The position numbers were made by a program, and so were the translations under genes. The notes below the pieces were generated by a model, which saw only the letters and a program-made list of their open reading frames with translations, ran no database searches and was not told the origin of the DNA. A stretch of DNA of 64,000 bases from Bacteroidota bacterium (lineage in GTDB: Bacteria; Bacteroidota; Ignavibacteria; UBA10030; UBA6906): positions 39,396-103,395 of the forward strand of contig JAUQWO010000079.1 of assembly GCA_030835135.1 (NCBI GenBank), given 5' to 3'. This document shows positions 55,578 through 64,000 of this stretch, one piece after another. Every line of letters begins with the position of its first letter. The stretch's first letter is position 1.

Positions 55578-58500
55578 GCAGCGTGGAGAAGGCTGGGGTT
55601 CTGTTCGTGATCGCGGTCCTGGCTGTTGCGGGGGCCAGATCACAGGATAGCGTGGATGTGACGTTCCGGTATGAGGTCGCGGGGAAGACCGCCGTGTCCG
55701 TCCCGGGCGAATTCAACGGATGGAACAACACCGCGGCACCGATGGCCAATGCCGGTGGCAACGTCTGGACGAGGACCATCCGGCTCCGGGAAGGGGGGAA
55801 CCCCACACCACCGGCCGTCGGCATCCCCGGCGCGTGGCAGTACAAATTCTACTATACCGGCGCATCGCCGTGGCCGAACGATCCCCTCAACCATCATCAG
55901 AACGCGAGCGACAACGGCAATTCGTACGTGTACGTGCGCCATCCGACCATCTACCAGTTCATCCCGAACCAGCGGATGGCGGTGCGCACCACGGCGTTCC
56001 CCGTGATCTCTGCCTACCTCTTCCCGCGTGTCGGTGCGACCGTGGACACGTCCACGCTCTCCCTTGTGCTCGATGACGTGACGTACACCGGCGTCGGTTC
56101 ATTGTATGATCCGGGAACACAGCGGTTCTCGTTCACCCCGCCGCTCCCATTGTCGAACGGTGACCACACGGCGATCCTGCGGGCGGGCGCATCGGCCGAC
56201 ACCGTCCATTTCACCACGAGCGCAGGGTTCGTGCAGATCACGACGCGTGGCGGGTTTGCGACGGTGAGGAGCATCGTGGCGGTGCGTGGCCTGGTCCAGG
56301 ACACGAATGCCGTCACCGTTCGCCTTGTGCGCAACGGCGCCGATACGACAACAGGGGTTGCCGTGGGTGGACGGTGGGTGATCAGCGATACCCTGGCGGC
56401 GGGAGTGAATGTGTTCAGGGCTATCGCAGACTCCGCGGGTCTACCCATCGTCGCCGATCCGATCTCCGTCATCAGGGAGGTCTCCCGCGCTCCCATCGCG
56501 CGGCTGAGCATCACCGCGGTCAGTGGCACCATCACGTTCGATGCCGCGACCAGCAGTGATCCCGAGGGGCTGCCGATCGCGGGATACACATGGCGGGATG
56601 ATCCCGCGACCCCGCTCGGCCTGGATGGACAGACCGGGTCCAGCGTGACCCTTGCAGCTCCGCAGGCACCGGGTGAGTACTACCTCGGAGTGATCGTTGC
56701 GGATCAGGAAGGCCTGCGCGACACCATCCGGGCCGTGTTCACCGTGACGCCCGATCAGGCGGTTGCCGTCCCCGGGATCGCGTGGAACCCGGGGTGGGCG
56801 ACGAGCGGGCGCATTTATTTCCTGTTCCCGAAAGCGGTGTCGCAGCAGGGAACCCTCGCCGCCGCGGCAACCCATCTCCAGCGCGTGCGAGACCTCGGCT
56901 TCTCGGTGATCTGGCTGATGCCTGTGATGAAGAATGCGTTCCCGATCAACAATGGCACCGGCCCGGGATACAACATCACGGATTTCTATACCATCGCCCC
57001 GGAATACGGAACGAATGAGGACTTTCGCGCATTCATGACCCAGGCGCATGCCCTGGGACTCAAGGTGATCCTGGATATCACCCCCAATCACAGCAGCAGG
57101 TCCCATCCGTGGGCAACGGATGCCCGGGCGTACGGGGAGGATTCACCCTTCTGGTCCTGGTATGAGCATACGATGATCGCGCACAACACGAATGGTCTGG
57201 GCCAATCGTACGATGCCTATGGCTTCACCTACTACTCCGGATTCAGCGATCAGCTGCTGAATCTGAATTGGAGCGATCCGGATCTGCGGCGCGAAATGAT
57301 CCGCATGCTCTCGTACTGGGTGAAGGAGTACGACGTTGATGGGTACCGGTTCGACGTGTACTGGGGTCCCCACCGCCGGTACGGAGAAGTGGCAATGGGG
57401 AAGCCGGTGCGCGACGCGCTCAAACGCATCAAGCCCGATCTTCTCCTGCTTGCGGAAGATGACGGCACGGGGTCGGGTACGGAGGTGATCTATGCCGACA
57501 ACGTGCTCGGAGACGTCAATGGCGGCGTGGATGCCGCGTACGATTTCAAACTGTACTTCAACCAGATCCGCGGCTTCGGGTGGACGGCGAACTCCATCAA
57601 CGCACTGCATGCCGAGATCGACAACAACGGATTCTTCCCCGGTGAACATGCACTGTACATGCGGTTCATGGAATCGCAGGACGAGGACCGCATCGTCTAT
57701 GTCTATTCCGGTGCATTCGCGCTGGATGCGCCGACCACGTTCCGCCGGACCATGCCGATGGCCACGGTACTCTTCACCGCGCCGGGCCTGCCCATGCTTT
57801 GGAACGGTCAGGAGGTGGGATGGGGCTATGGTATCGGCGGGGCCAAGGAGGCACGTGCACGCAGCGTCATCGATTGGCAATATCAGGGCCGGAGTGTCCT
57901 TTCGCCACACTATCAGCGCCTTGCGACACTCCGCGGACAGTTCCCGGCATTCACGACCCCGAAACTGGACACGGATGCCAATGGCTCGGTGAATGCCGCC
58001 GATGCATCCGTTTTCGTGCGCGTGCCGACGGGGAACGGCATGGTCTATGCGTTCTCACGGCCGTATACGGGTCAGAACGGTGTGACGGTCGTGAACATGG
58101 AGCCAACGGAGCAGAGCGCGGTGATCGAGCTCGTCGACGGCATCTCCGTGCGATTCCCTGATGACGTCAAACCCGGGTCCACGGTGTACCTGAATGACCT
58201 CATGGCGGATACGACGATCGTCACAACACTGTCGGGGCTCGGGTCGGTCCCGGTGACCCTGCCCGGATTCGGGAGCAAGGTGTTCACCGTCTCGGTCACG
58301 CGCGACACGTTGAAGATCCTCCATCCGGTGACGGATGTGACGGGCCGCGAAGCGTTACCGGCGGCGTTTGCCCTGCATCCGAACTATCCCAATCCATTCA
58401 ATCCGGCGACCGTCGTTTCCTTCGATCTCCCTGCGATGGCGGAGGTTTCAGTCGTGGTCTTCGACGTCCTCGGCCGGGAGTGTGCCCGTCTGCTGGACGG

Positions 58501-58648
58501 GGTGAAAGAGGCCGGCACACACCGCGTGATCTGGGATGCAGCGTCGGATACCGGTGTGCGGGCATCGGGTGTGTACTTCGTCCGTGTTGTTGCCAGGGAT
58601 GCGCGGTCCGTGCGATCGGCCACGCGCAGCATGCTCTATATCAAGTGA
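55574..58648 (+). CDS. Multidomain GH13 alpha-amylase-family enzyme (CBM48-like, Ig/PKD domains, T9SS type-A CTD)
   Basis: PGEFNGW..WQYKF; LDITPNH, DGYRFDV, LLAED, ESQDEDR; NYPNPFNP..SGVYF; ATGA overlap. Confidence 0.88.
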   Translation: MSSVEKAGVLFVIAVLAVAGARSQDSVDVTFRYEVAGKTAVSVPGEFNGWNNTAAPMANAGGNVWTRTIRLREGGNPTPPAVGIPGAWQYKFYYTGASPWPNDPLNHHQNASDNGNSYVYVRHPTIYQFIPNQRMAVRTTAFPVISAYLFPRVGATVDTSTLSLVLDDVTYTGVGSLYDPGTQRFSFTPPLPLSNGDHTAILRAGASADTVHFTTSAGFVQITTRGGFATVRSIVAVRGLVQDTNAVTVRLVRNGADTTTGVAVGGRWVISDTLAAGVNVFRAIADSAGLPIVADPISVIREVSRAPIARLSITAVSGTITFDAATSSDPEGLPIAGYTWRDDPATPLGLDGQTGSSVTLAAPQAPGEYYLGVIVADQEGLRDTIRAVFTVTPDQAVAVPGIAWNPGWATSGRIYFLFPKAVSQQGTLAAAATHLQRVRDLGFSVIWLMPVMKNAFPINNGTGPGYNITDFYTIAPEYGTNEDFRAFMTQAHALGLKVILDITPNHSSRSHPWATDARAYGEDSPFWSWYEHTMIAHNTNGLGQSYDAYGFTYYSGFSDQLLNLNWSDPDLRREMIRMLSYWVKEYDVDGYRFDVYWGPHRRYGEVAMGKPVRDALKRIKPDLLLLAEDDGTGSGTEVIYADNVLGDVNGGVDAAYDFKLYFNQIRGFGWTANSINALHAEIDNNGFFPGEHALYMRFMESQDEDRIVYVYSGAFALDAPTTFRRTMPMATVLFTAPGLPMLWNGQEVGWGYGIGGAKEARARSVIDWQYQGRSVLSPHYQRLATLRGQFPAFTTPKLDTDANGSVNAADASVFVRVPTGNGMVYAFSRPYTGQNGVTVVNMEPTEQSAVIELVDGISVRFPDDVKPGSTVYLNDLMADTTIVTTLSGLGSVPVTLPGFGSKVFTVSVTRDTLKILHPVTDVTGREALPAAFALHPNYPNPFNPATVVSFDLPAMAEVSVVVFDVLGRECARLLDGVKEAGTHRVIWDAASDTGVRASGVYFVRVVARDARSVRSATRSMLYIK

Positions 58649-58655
58649 GGCGTTC

Positions 58656-61331
58656 ATGAATTGCGATCTCATACGATCCGTGCCCACCCGCCGTCGGGGT
58701 GCGAGCCGCAGATGGAACGGCGTCGCGATCGCCGCTGGCTGCCTTCTCACGGTGTCGCTGGCATCAGCGCAACCGGCAGCGGCGGATGGCGGTGTGCGTT
58801 TCCGCCTTCCCGCCGGGAATGAGCGATCAGTATCCGTTGTGGGCGACTTCAACGGCTGGAGCAAGGATGAGCTGAAGATGCGCCGGGAAGGCAGCGAGTG
58901 GATCGCCGTGGCGAAGCTCCGGCCAGGGATGCAGAACTATAAGTTCGTTGTCGACGACGAGCGCTACCTCCTCGACCCCGCCAATCCCGTCACGATCGAC
59001 AACTATAACCGTACCGCACAGAACTCCGCGTTCTATGTTGAGGAGGACGGCACGGTCCTGCTCATCGGCGCGGCGCCGGGTTCGAATGGCAACCGCGGGG
59101 ATGCGTATCCCGTCCGGACCGATCGGCAGACGCTCTTCGTGAACATCATCTGGCACCAGCATCAGCCGCTGTATGCCGATCCGGCGACGGATCAGCTGGC
59201 GGGCCCATGGGTCCGCACGCATGGGACGAAAGACTACTACGACATGGCCGCCATGCTGCGTGGCTACCCGGATGTGCACTGCACCTTCAACCTGACCACA
59301 TCGCTGCTCCACCAGCTCCGCGAATATTACCTGAACCGCATCGGCCCATACGTGAACGTGAAGAAGGGCACCATCGATGTCACGGGGTTCTGGAAACGAT
59401 GGAAAGGGAAGACCGATCCCTGGATCGATCTCGCGCTGACCCCCGCGGCGTCCTACACGGCGGAACAGCAGAAGTTCGTGTATCAGAATCCGTGGAGCGC
59501 ACTGGGGGTGAGTGAAGTGATGATGGAGCGCTTCCCGGAGTACCGCGCCTTGCGCGACCGTGCACATGCGGCGATGGCCGGCGGACCTCACCTCAGCGTC
59601 GATGAACAGCGTGCGATCACGTTCTGGTTCTATCTGGCGAATTTCGACCCTGATTTTCTGCGGGGTCCTGTGCTTCTACCCGGCGGGAGCGTCTGCGATA
59701 TGAGCGCGTACGTGGAAGAGCGCCCGGCAGGCCAGTTCCGCCTGCGCGGCCCGGTGACGGATGCTGACTGCCGCAGGATCGTCGTCGAGACGTACAAAGT
59801 GCTTGCCGCGGTGATCCCGGTCCACCGCGACCTCCGCTATGATCCGCAGCGGCACACCGGACAGATCGACATCATCACGACGCCGTTCTATCATCCGATC
59901 CTTCCATTGATCTTCGATTCGGACCTCGCCCGCACGTGTCAGCCGAACGATGCCCTTCCGACACGATATGCATACCCGGAAGATGCCGACGCGCAGGTCG
60001 TCAAAGCGGTCCGGATGTACCGGTCGATCTTCGGCGCCGATCCCACCGGCATGTGGCCGGGAGAGGGATCGGTCGCGCAGCCGGTGCTGCAGATACTCAG
60101 GGATCACGGCATCCTCTGGACAGCGAGCGACGTGAAAGTGCTGCGCAATTCGCGGCCGGCCGGCAAGCCGAACACGACGCCGTACCGGTTCCCTGCCGGG
60201 CAAAAGGGTATGGCTCTGGTGTTCCGCGACACGGAACTCTCCGACCGGATCGGGTTCAAGTATCAATCGATGGAAGGCGAAGAGGCCGCCGAAGACTTCG
60301 TGAAGAGTCTCCTCGACATGGCCCCGCCCGGGGGGTCCCCGGACGCGCTCGTGACGGTGATCCTGGATGGCGAGAACGCATGGGAATGGTATGCCAGGGA
60401 CCAGGACGGGAAGGCTTTCCTGCATGCGCTCTACCGGAAGCTGAGTGTCCTCGCGAGGAGCGGTCAGGTCGTCCCCGTGACCATGAGTGAGTATATCAAC
60501 GGCAACCGTGCGCGCGGGGTGCAGGCCCACCCGATAGCCGGGCTGCCATCGATGGAGTGGCTCTGGCCCGGCTCCTGGATCAATGGCAATTACGACACCT
60601 GGGTCGGCGAACCGGAAGAGAACGCAGCGTGGGAGTATCTGGGCATCGCGCGCAACGACCTTGCACGGTCAGGCGTTCGGCGGCCTGACCCGCGCTCGGC
60701 CGCTCCCCGGACGAACACGAAGGCGTGGTATGCGTGGATGGCGTGGGAAGAGATGTATGCGGCGGAAGGGTCCGACTGGTTCTGGTGGTATGGAGGAGAC
60801 CAGACCGCACCGGCCGGTGATACACCATTCGATCAGGGATTTCTCGCGCATCTCAACAATGTGTATCGCTTCGGCAGACTGGCCGGTGGCAGGTTCCCTG
60901 CACGGACCTTCACGCCCATCCTCACAGCGGCAGGGCCTGCGGGATCCGGCCGATCGGGAGCGACCGCGGGCACAGGCGCCATGGCGAAGAGTGCTTCCGG
61001 AGAACGCGAGGTCCTGTTCATGTGCGATGCGTCGCGCGAGCGCGTCACCACCTCGATCTTCATCGCCGGCGAACTGCCGTCACTCGGCGCCTGGCGGCCG
61101 AACGTTGTTCCCATGCGCGATGACGGGATGGACGGTGACGAGCGGGCCGGGGACGGCATCTGGACCTTCCGAGTCATGCTTCCTGCCGGCACGCGCGTTG
61201 CGTACAAGTACACCAACAGCGGGGCGCCCGGACAGTGGATGCCCGGCGACGAGTTCGCGCAGCGCAACCGCACCGTGGTCATTGAAGAGAGTTCAAATCC
61301 CAGTATCATACGTGACACATTTGGACAGTAA
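58656..61331 (+). CDS. GH57 amylopullulanase-like enzyme with CBM48-like and CBM20-like domains
   Basis: VVGDFNGW..YKFVVD; WHQHQP, PFYHPILPL, MWPGEG, ILDGENAW, AEGSDWFWW; C-terminal AGELPSLGAW..YKY. Confidence 0.9.
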   Translation: MNCDLIRSVPTRRRGASRRWNGVAIAAGCLLTVSLASAQPAAADGGVRFRLPAGNERSVSVVGDFNGWSKDELKMRREGSEWIAVAKLRPGMQNYKFVVDDERYLLDPANPVTIDNYNRTAQNSAFYVEEDGTVLLIGAAPGSNGNRGDAYPVRTDRQTLFVNIIWHQHQPLYADPATDQLAGPWVRTHGTKDYYDMAAMLRGYPDVHCTFNLTTSLLHQLREYYLNRIGPYVNVKKGTIDVTGFWKRWKGKTDPWIDLALTPAASYTAEQQKFVYQNPWSALGVSEVMMERFPEYRALRDRAHAAMAGGPHLSVDEQRAITFWFYLANFDPDFLRGPVLLPGGSVCDMSAYVEERPAGQFRLRGPVTDADCRRIVVETYKVLAAVIPVHRDLRYDPQRHTGQIDIITTPFYHPILPLIFDSDLARTCQPNDALPTRYAYPEDADAQVVKAVRMYRSIFGADPTGMWPGEGSVAQPVLQILRDHGILWTASDVKVLRNSRPAGKPNTTPYRFPAGQKGMALVFRDTELSDRIGFKYQSMEGEEAAEDFVKSLLDMAPPGGSPDALVTVILDGENAWEWYARDQDGKAFLHALYRKLSVLARSGQVVPVTMSEYINGNRARGVQAHPIAGLPSMEWLWPGSWINGNYDTWVGEPEENAAWEYLGIARNDLARSGVRRPDPRSAAPRTNTKAWYAWMAWEEMYAAEGSDWFWWYGGDQTAPAGDTPFDQGFLAHLNNVYRFGRLAGGRFPARTFTPILTAAGPAGSGRSGATAGTGAMAKSASGEREVLFMCDASRERVTTSIFIAGELPSLGAWRPNVVPMRDDGMDGDERAGDGIWTFRVMLPAGTRVAYKYTNSGAPGQWMPGDEFAQRNRTVVIEESSNPSIIRDTFGQ

Positions 61332-61337
61332 GCCCCC

Positions 61338-63278
61338 ATGAAGACCTATACACCACCGAAGGCCCTGGACCTCGTCGCCGATGCATTGAAGCGAAAAGTG
61401 AAGGAGACACGCCTGCGCAAGTACAATTACAGCGTGCCCTCCATCTGGAATTCCGGCCGGGGCAAACCCAAAGCCACCCGTGTGCAGCCCTACGAGTACT
61501 ATCTGGGCGTCGTGAAGAAACTCAAGGCCGCGCGTGCACCCAAACCCGGACCGGCCACCGGCGGTGAATGGTCAAGGGATGCAGTGATCTACAATCTGTT
61601 CATCCGAACAGCCACGGCCTATGACCACAACGGGAACGGCACGCTCGACCTTCCCGTCAATCCGGAAGGGTTGCGTGAAACGGGGACGTTCCTCAAGGCG
61701 ATGGCGATGCTGCCGTATATGAAGCGCCTCGGTGCCACAACGGTGCATGTCCTCCCGATCACCGCGATCGGGCACGACGGCAACAAGGGCACGCTCGGCT
61801 CTCCCTATGCGATCAGGAACCCGTACGAGCTGGATGAAACGCTGAGCGAACCGTCGCTCGGCCTGGATGTGAAGGTCGAGTTCCGTGCGTTCGTCGAAGC
61901 GGCGCACCGCCTCGGGTTGCGTGTGGTGGTGGAATTCGTGTTCCGCACCTCGGCCAAGGACGGCGATTGGGTGAAGGAGCATCCCGAATGGATGTATTGG
62001 ATCAAGGACGCCGTGCCGCCGCGCGGACCGGGCGAGATGGACGAACACAAATACGGCAGTCCGCTCTTCTCACGGGATGAACTCCACAGGATCCATCATG
62101 ACGTGAACAGCGGCAATCTCGGCAACCTGCTCCCGCCGCATCAGGTGTACCGCGACTTCTTCACGGCGCCTCCGAAGCCGGAGAACGTGAACAAGGAAGG
62201 CGGGCGCTATGTGGGGGTCCTCGACGATGGCACGCGGGTGCGCATCCCGGGGGCATTCGCCGACTGGCCGCCGGATGACAACCAGCCGCCGTGGGGCGAC
62301 GTTACCTACCTGCGGATGTACACCCATTCGGATTTCAATTACATCGGCTATAATACGATCCGCATGTATGACACGCGGCTCACCCAGCCGGCGCATGTGA
62401 ATCGTCCGCTCTGGGACCGCATCATCGGGATCATCCCGTACTATCAGCGTGAGTTCGGCATCGATGGCGTCATGATCGACATGGGCCATGCACTCCCCAT
62501 GGCACTCAAAGAAGAACTCGTCGCGAAGGCCCGGTCGGCCAACCCCGATTTCGCATTCTGGGATGAGAATTTCTCGATCACCCAGCGGAGCAGGGAAGAA
62601 GGCTACAACGCCGTGTTCGGCTTCCTCTGGGTGGACCAGGCGCACCAGGACCGGATCCGGCGGCTCGTGGAACGGCTGGCGCACGAAGGATTCCCCATTC
62701 CGTTCTTTGCGACACCCGAGAACCACAATACACCCCGGGCCGCGGCCCGGCCGGGCGGTCTGCCGTATGCGCGGTGGACGATCTGCGTGAATGCCTTTCT
62801 GCCTGCGATCCCGTTCATCCACTCGGGCTTTGAACTGGCGGAGAAATTCCCGATCAACACGGGGCTCGACTTCACGTCGGACGATCTCAAACGGTTGCCC
62901 TCGGAGACCCTGCCGTTATTCAGTGAGTATGGATACAACTGGCAGAGTGCGGAGGAGTTCACGCACCTGATCACGAAGGTCCTTGCCATCAGGAAGAAGT
63001 ATGCGCCCGTGATCACCGACCCGACGCCGGCAACCTTCCGGATGCTGGAGGAACACAATGGCCAGGTCCTCGCCTTCGAACGGCACCAGGCGCATGGCCG
63101 CAAGCGGATCGCCGTGGTGGGGAACATGGACTTCCATCACCCGCAGATGACAGCGACCCGGCCTGTAACGAAACGGAAGACGGTGACCGACCTCCTGACA
63201 GGGAAGAAGATGAAGCTCGAGGACGGCTGGCTCAAGGTCCAGCTGGCCCCGGGTGAATGTCTCATTGTTGAACTCTAG
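61338..63278 (+). CDS. Cytoplasmic GH13 enzyme, maltosyltransferase (maltodextrin glycosyltransferase)-like
   Basis: ETGTFLKA, GSPYAIRNPY, QPPWGDVTYL and IDGVMIDMGHALP resemble the Thermotoga maltosyltransferase group; no signal peptide. Confidence 0.8.
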   Translation: MKTYTPPKALDLVADALKRKVKETRLRKYNYSVPSIWNSGRGKPKATRVQPYEYYLGVVKKLKAARAPKPGPATGGEWSRDAVIYNLFIRTATAYDHNGNGTLDLPVNPEGLRETGTFLKAMAMLPYMKRLGATTVHVLPITAIGHDGNKGTLGSPYAIRNPYELDETLSEPSLGLDVKVEFRAFVEAAHRLGLRVVVEFVFRTSAKDGDWVKEHPEWMYWIKDAVPPRGPGEMDEHKYGSPLFSRDELHRIHHDVNSGNLGNLLPPHQVYRDFFTAPPKPENVNKEGGRYVGVLDDGTRVRIPGAFADWPPDDNQPPWGDVTYLRMYTHSDFNYIGYNTIRMYDTRLTQPAHVNRPLWDRIIGIIPYYQREFGIDGVMIDMGHALPMALKEELVAKARSANPDFAFWDENFSITQRSREEGYNAVFGFLWVDQAHQDRIRRLVERLAHEGFPIPFFATPENHNTPRAAARPGGLPYARWTICVNAFLPAIPFIHSGFELAEKFPINTGLDFTSDDLKRLPSETLPLFSEYGYNWQSAEEFTHLITKVLAIRKKYAPVITDPTPATFRMLEEHNGQVLAFERHQAHGRKRIAVVGNMDFHHPQMTATRPVTKRKTVTDLLTGKKMKLEDGWLKVQLAPGECLIVEL

Positions 63279-63289
63279 GAGCGCTTCGC

Positions 63290-64000
63290 ATGTACGCATT
63301 CCAGCACCGGCTCGCACGGAGTTTCTACGCGCTCATCAGTCTGCCATCCACGGCGATGGGGTTCGCCCTCTCCGTCCAGATCTCCGCACTGAGCTGGCTC
63401 CTCACGACGCGCTACCATCTGGACATCCACCAGGTGGGGATCGTGTGGGCGGCCGGTCCGCTTGCCGGGATCGTTGGTCAGGTGGTGATCGGCCTCATCA
63501 GTGACCGTGTCTGGTTCTGGGGAGGCCGTCGCAGACCGTTCATCGTGATCGGCGGCACGCTGGCAGCGCTGATGCTGCTGGCACTGCCGAACATCGGCGC
63601 GATCGACGGAGCCCTGGGTGTCGGGAACCTGCTGGTGGTGGCAACGGCAGTGGCCCTCACCCTGGACCTTGCCATCAACATCAGCTTCAACCCGACCCGC
63701 TCGATCATTGCCGATGTGACGCCGGAAGGGGCTGCCCGGACGCGCGGCTATACCTGGATGCAGACGATCAGCGGGTTCTTCGGTGTCCTCGCCTACGTGA
63801 TCGGTGCGGCGGCCGGCAATTTCATGCTCATCTACACCGGCGTGGGCGTCGTGCTCGCCTTCTCCCTGATCCCGGTGTTCTTCGTGGAGGAGCCCCGCGA
63901 ACTGGCGGGTGCCGCATCAACGGGCGAGGGGGCGGCAGCTGTTCGCCGGACGCAATGGGGTCAGCTCCTTGAACTCTTCGGCGCCCATGCGTTCGCGTGG
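63290..64000 (+). CDS. MFS maltose/sucrose-type (SLC45/GPH-like) transporter, partial
   Basis: Not in the ORF track because it runs off the edge. Hand translation: MYAFQ..WAAGPLAGIVGQVVIGLISDRVWFWGGRRRPF..LDLAINISFNPTRSIIADV; AGGAG RBS. Confidence 0.88.
   Translation, partial: MYAFQHRLARSFYALISLPSTAMGFALSVQISALSWLLTTRYHLDIHQVGIVWAAGPLAGIVGQVVIGLISDRVWFWGGRRRPFIVIGGTLAALMLLALPNIGAIDGALGVGNLLVVATAVALTLDLAINISFNPTRSIIADVTPEGAARTRGYTWMQTISGFFGVLAYVIGAAAGNFMLIYTGVGVVLAFSLIPVFFVEEPRELAGAASTGEGAAAVRRTQWGQLLELFGAHAFAW

Overview
GC-rich bacterial window (about 60-65% GC by eye), probably from a non-Bacteroidia FCB-group lineage such as Ignavibacteria. This is inferred from T9SS C-terminal domains and a PorV-like barrel occurring with TTGACA/TATAAT-type promoters and AGGAG ribosome-binding sites. 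Nearly all of the window is coding. (1) 1-17.3 kb is a glycan/deoxy-sugar region with GH2, GH29 fucosidase, RhaT, a sugar porter, an SGNH esterase, an unclassified lipoprotein and three URO-D/MtaA-like proteins. (2) 18-22.4 kb holds a K+-independent membrane pyrophosphatase flanked by two paralogous unknown proteins. (3) 22.6-32 kb holds GT4, an SGNH hydrolase, an ECF sigma/anti-sigma pair, DUF4139 and three related TPR-like proteins, one ending in TonB_C. (4) 32-64 kb is a LacI-controlled alpha-glucan utilisation locus (GH31, MalK, three GH13, GH57, MFS). It has no SusD. Instead the TonB-dependent receptor is followed by a large CTD-bearing surface protein and a dedicated PorV-like barrel. 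No rRNA, tRNA, CRISPR array or mobile element was seen. Family calls come from motif recognition only; no database searches were run.
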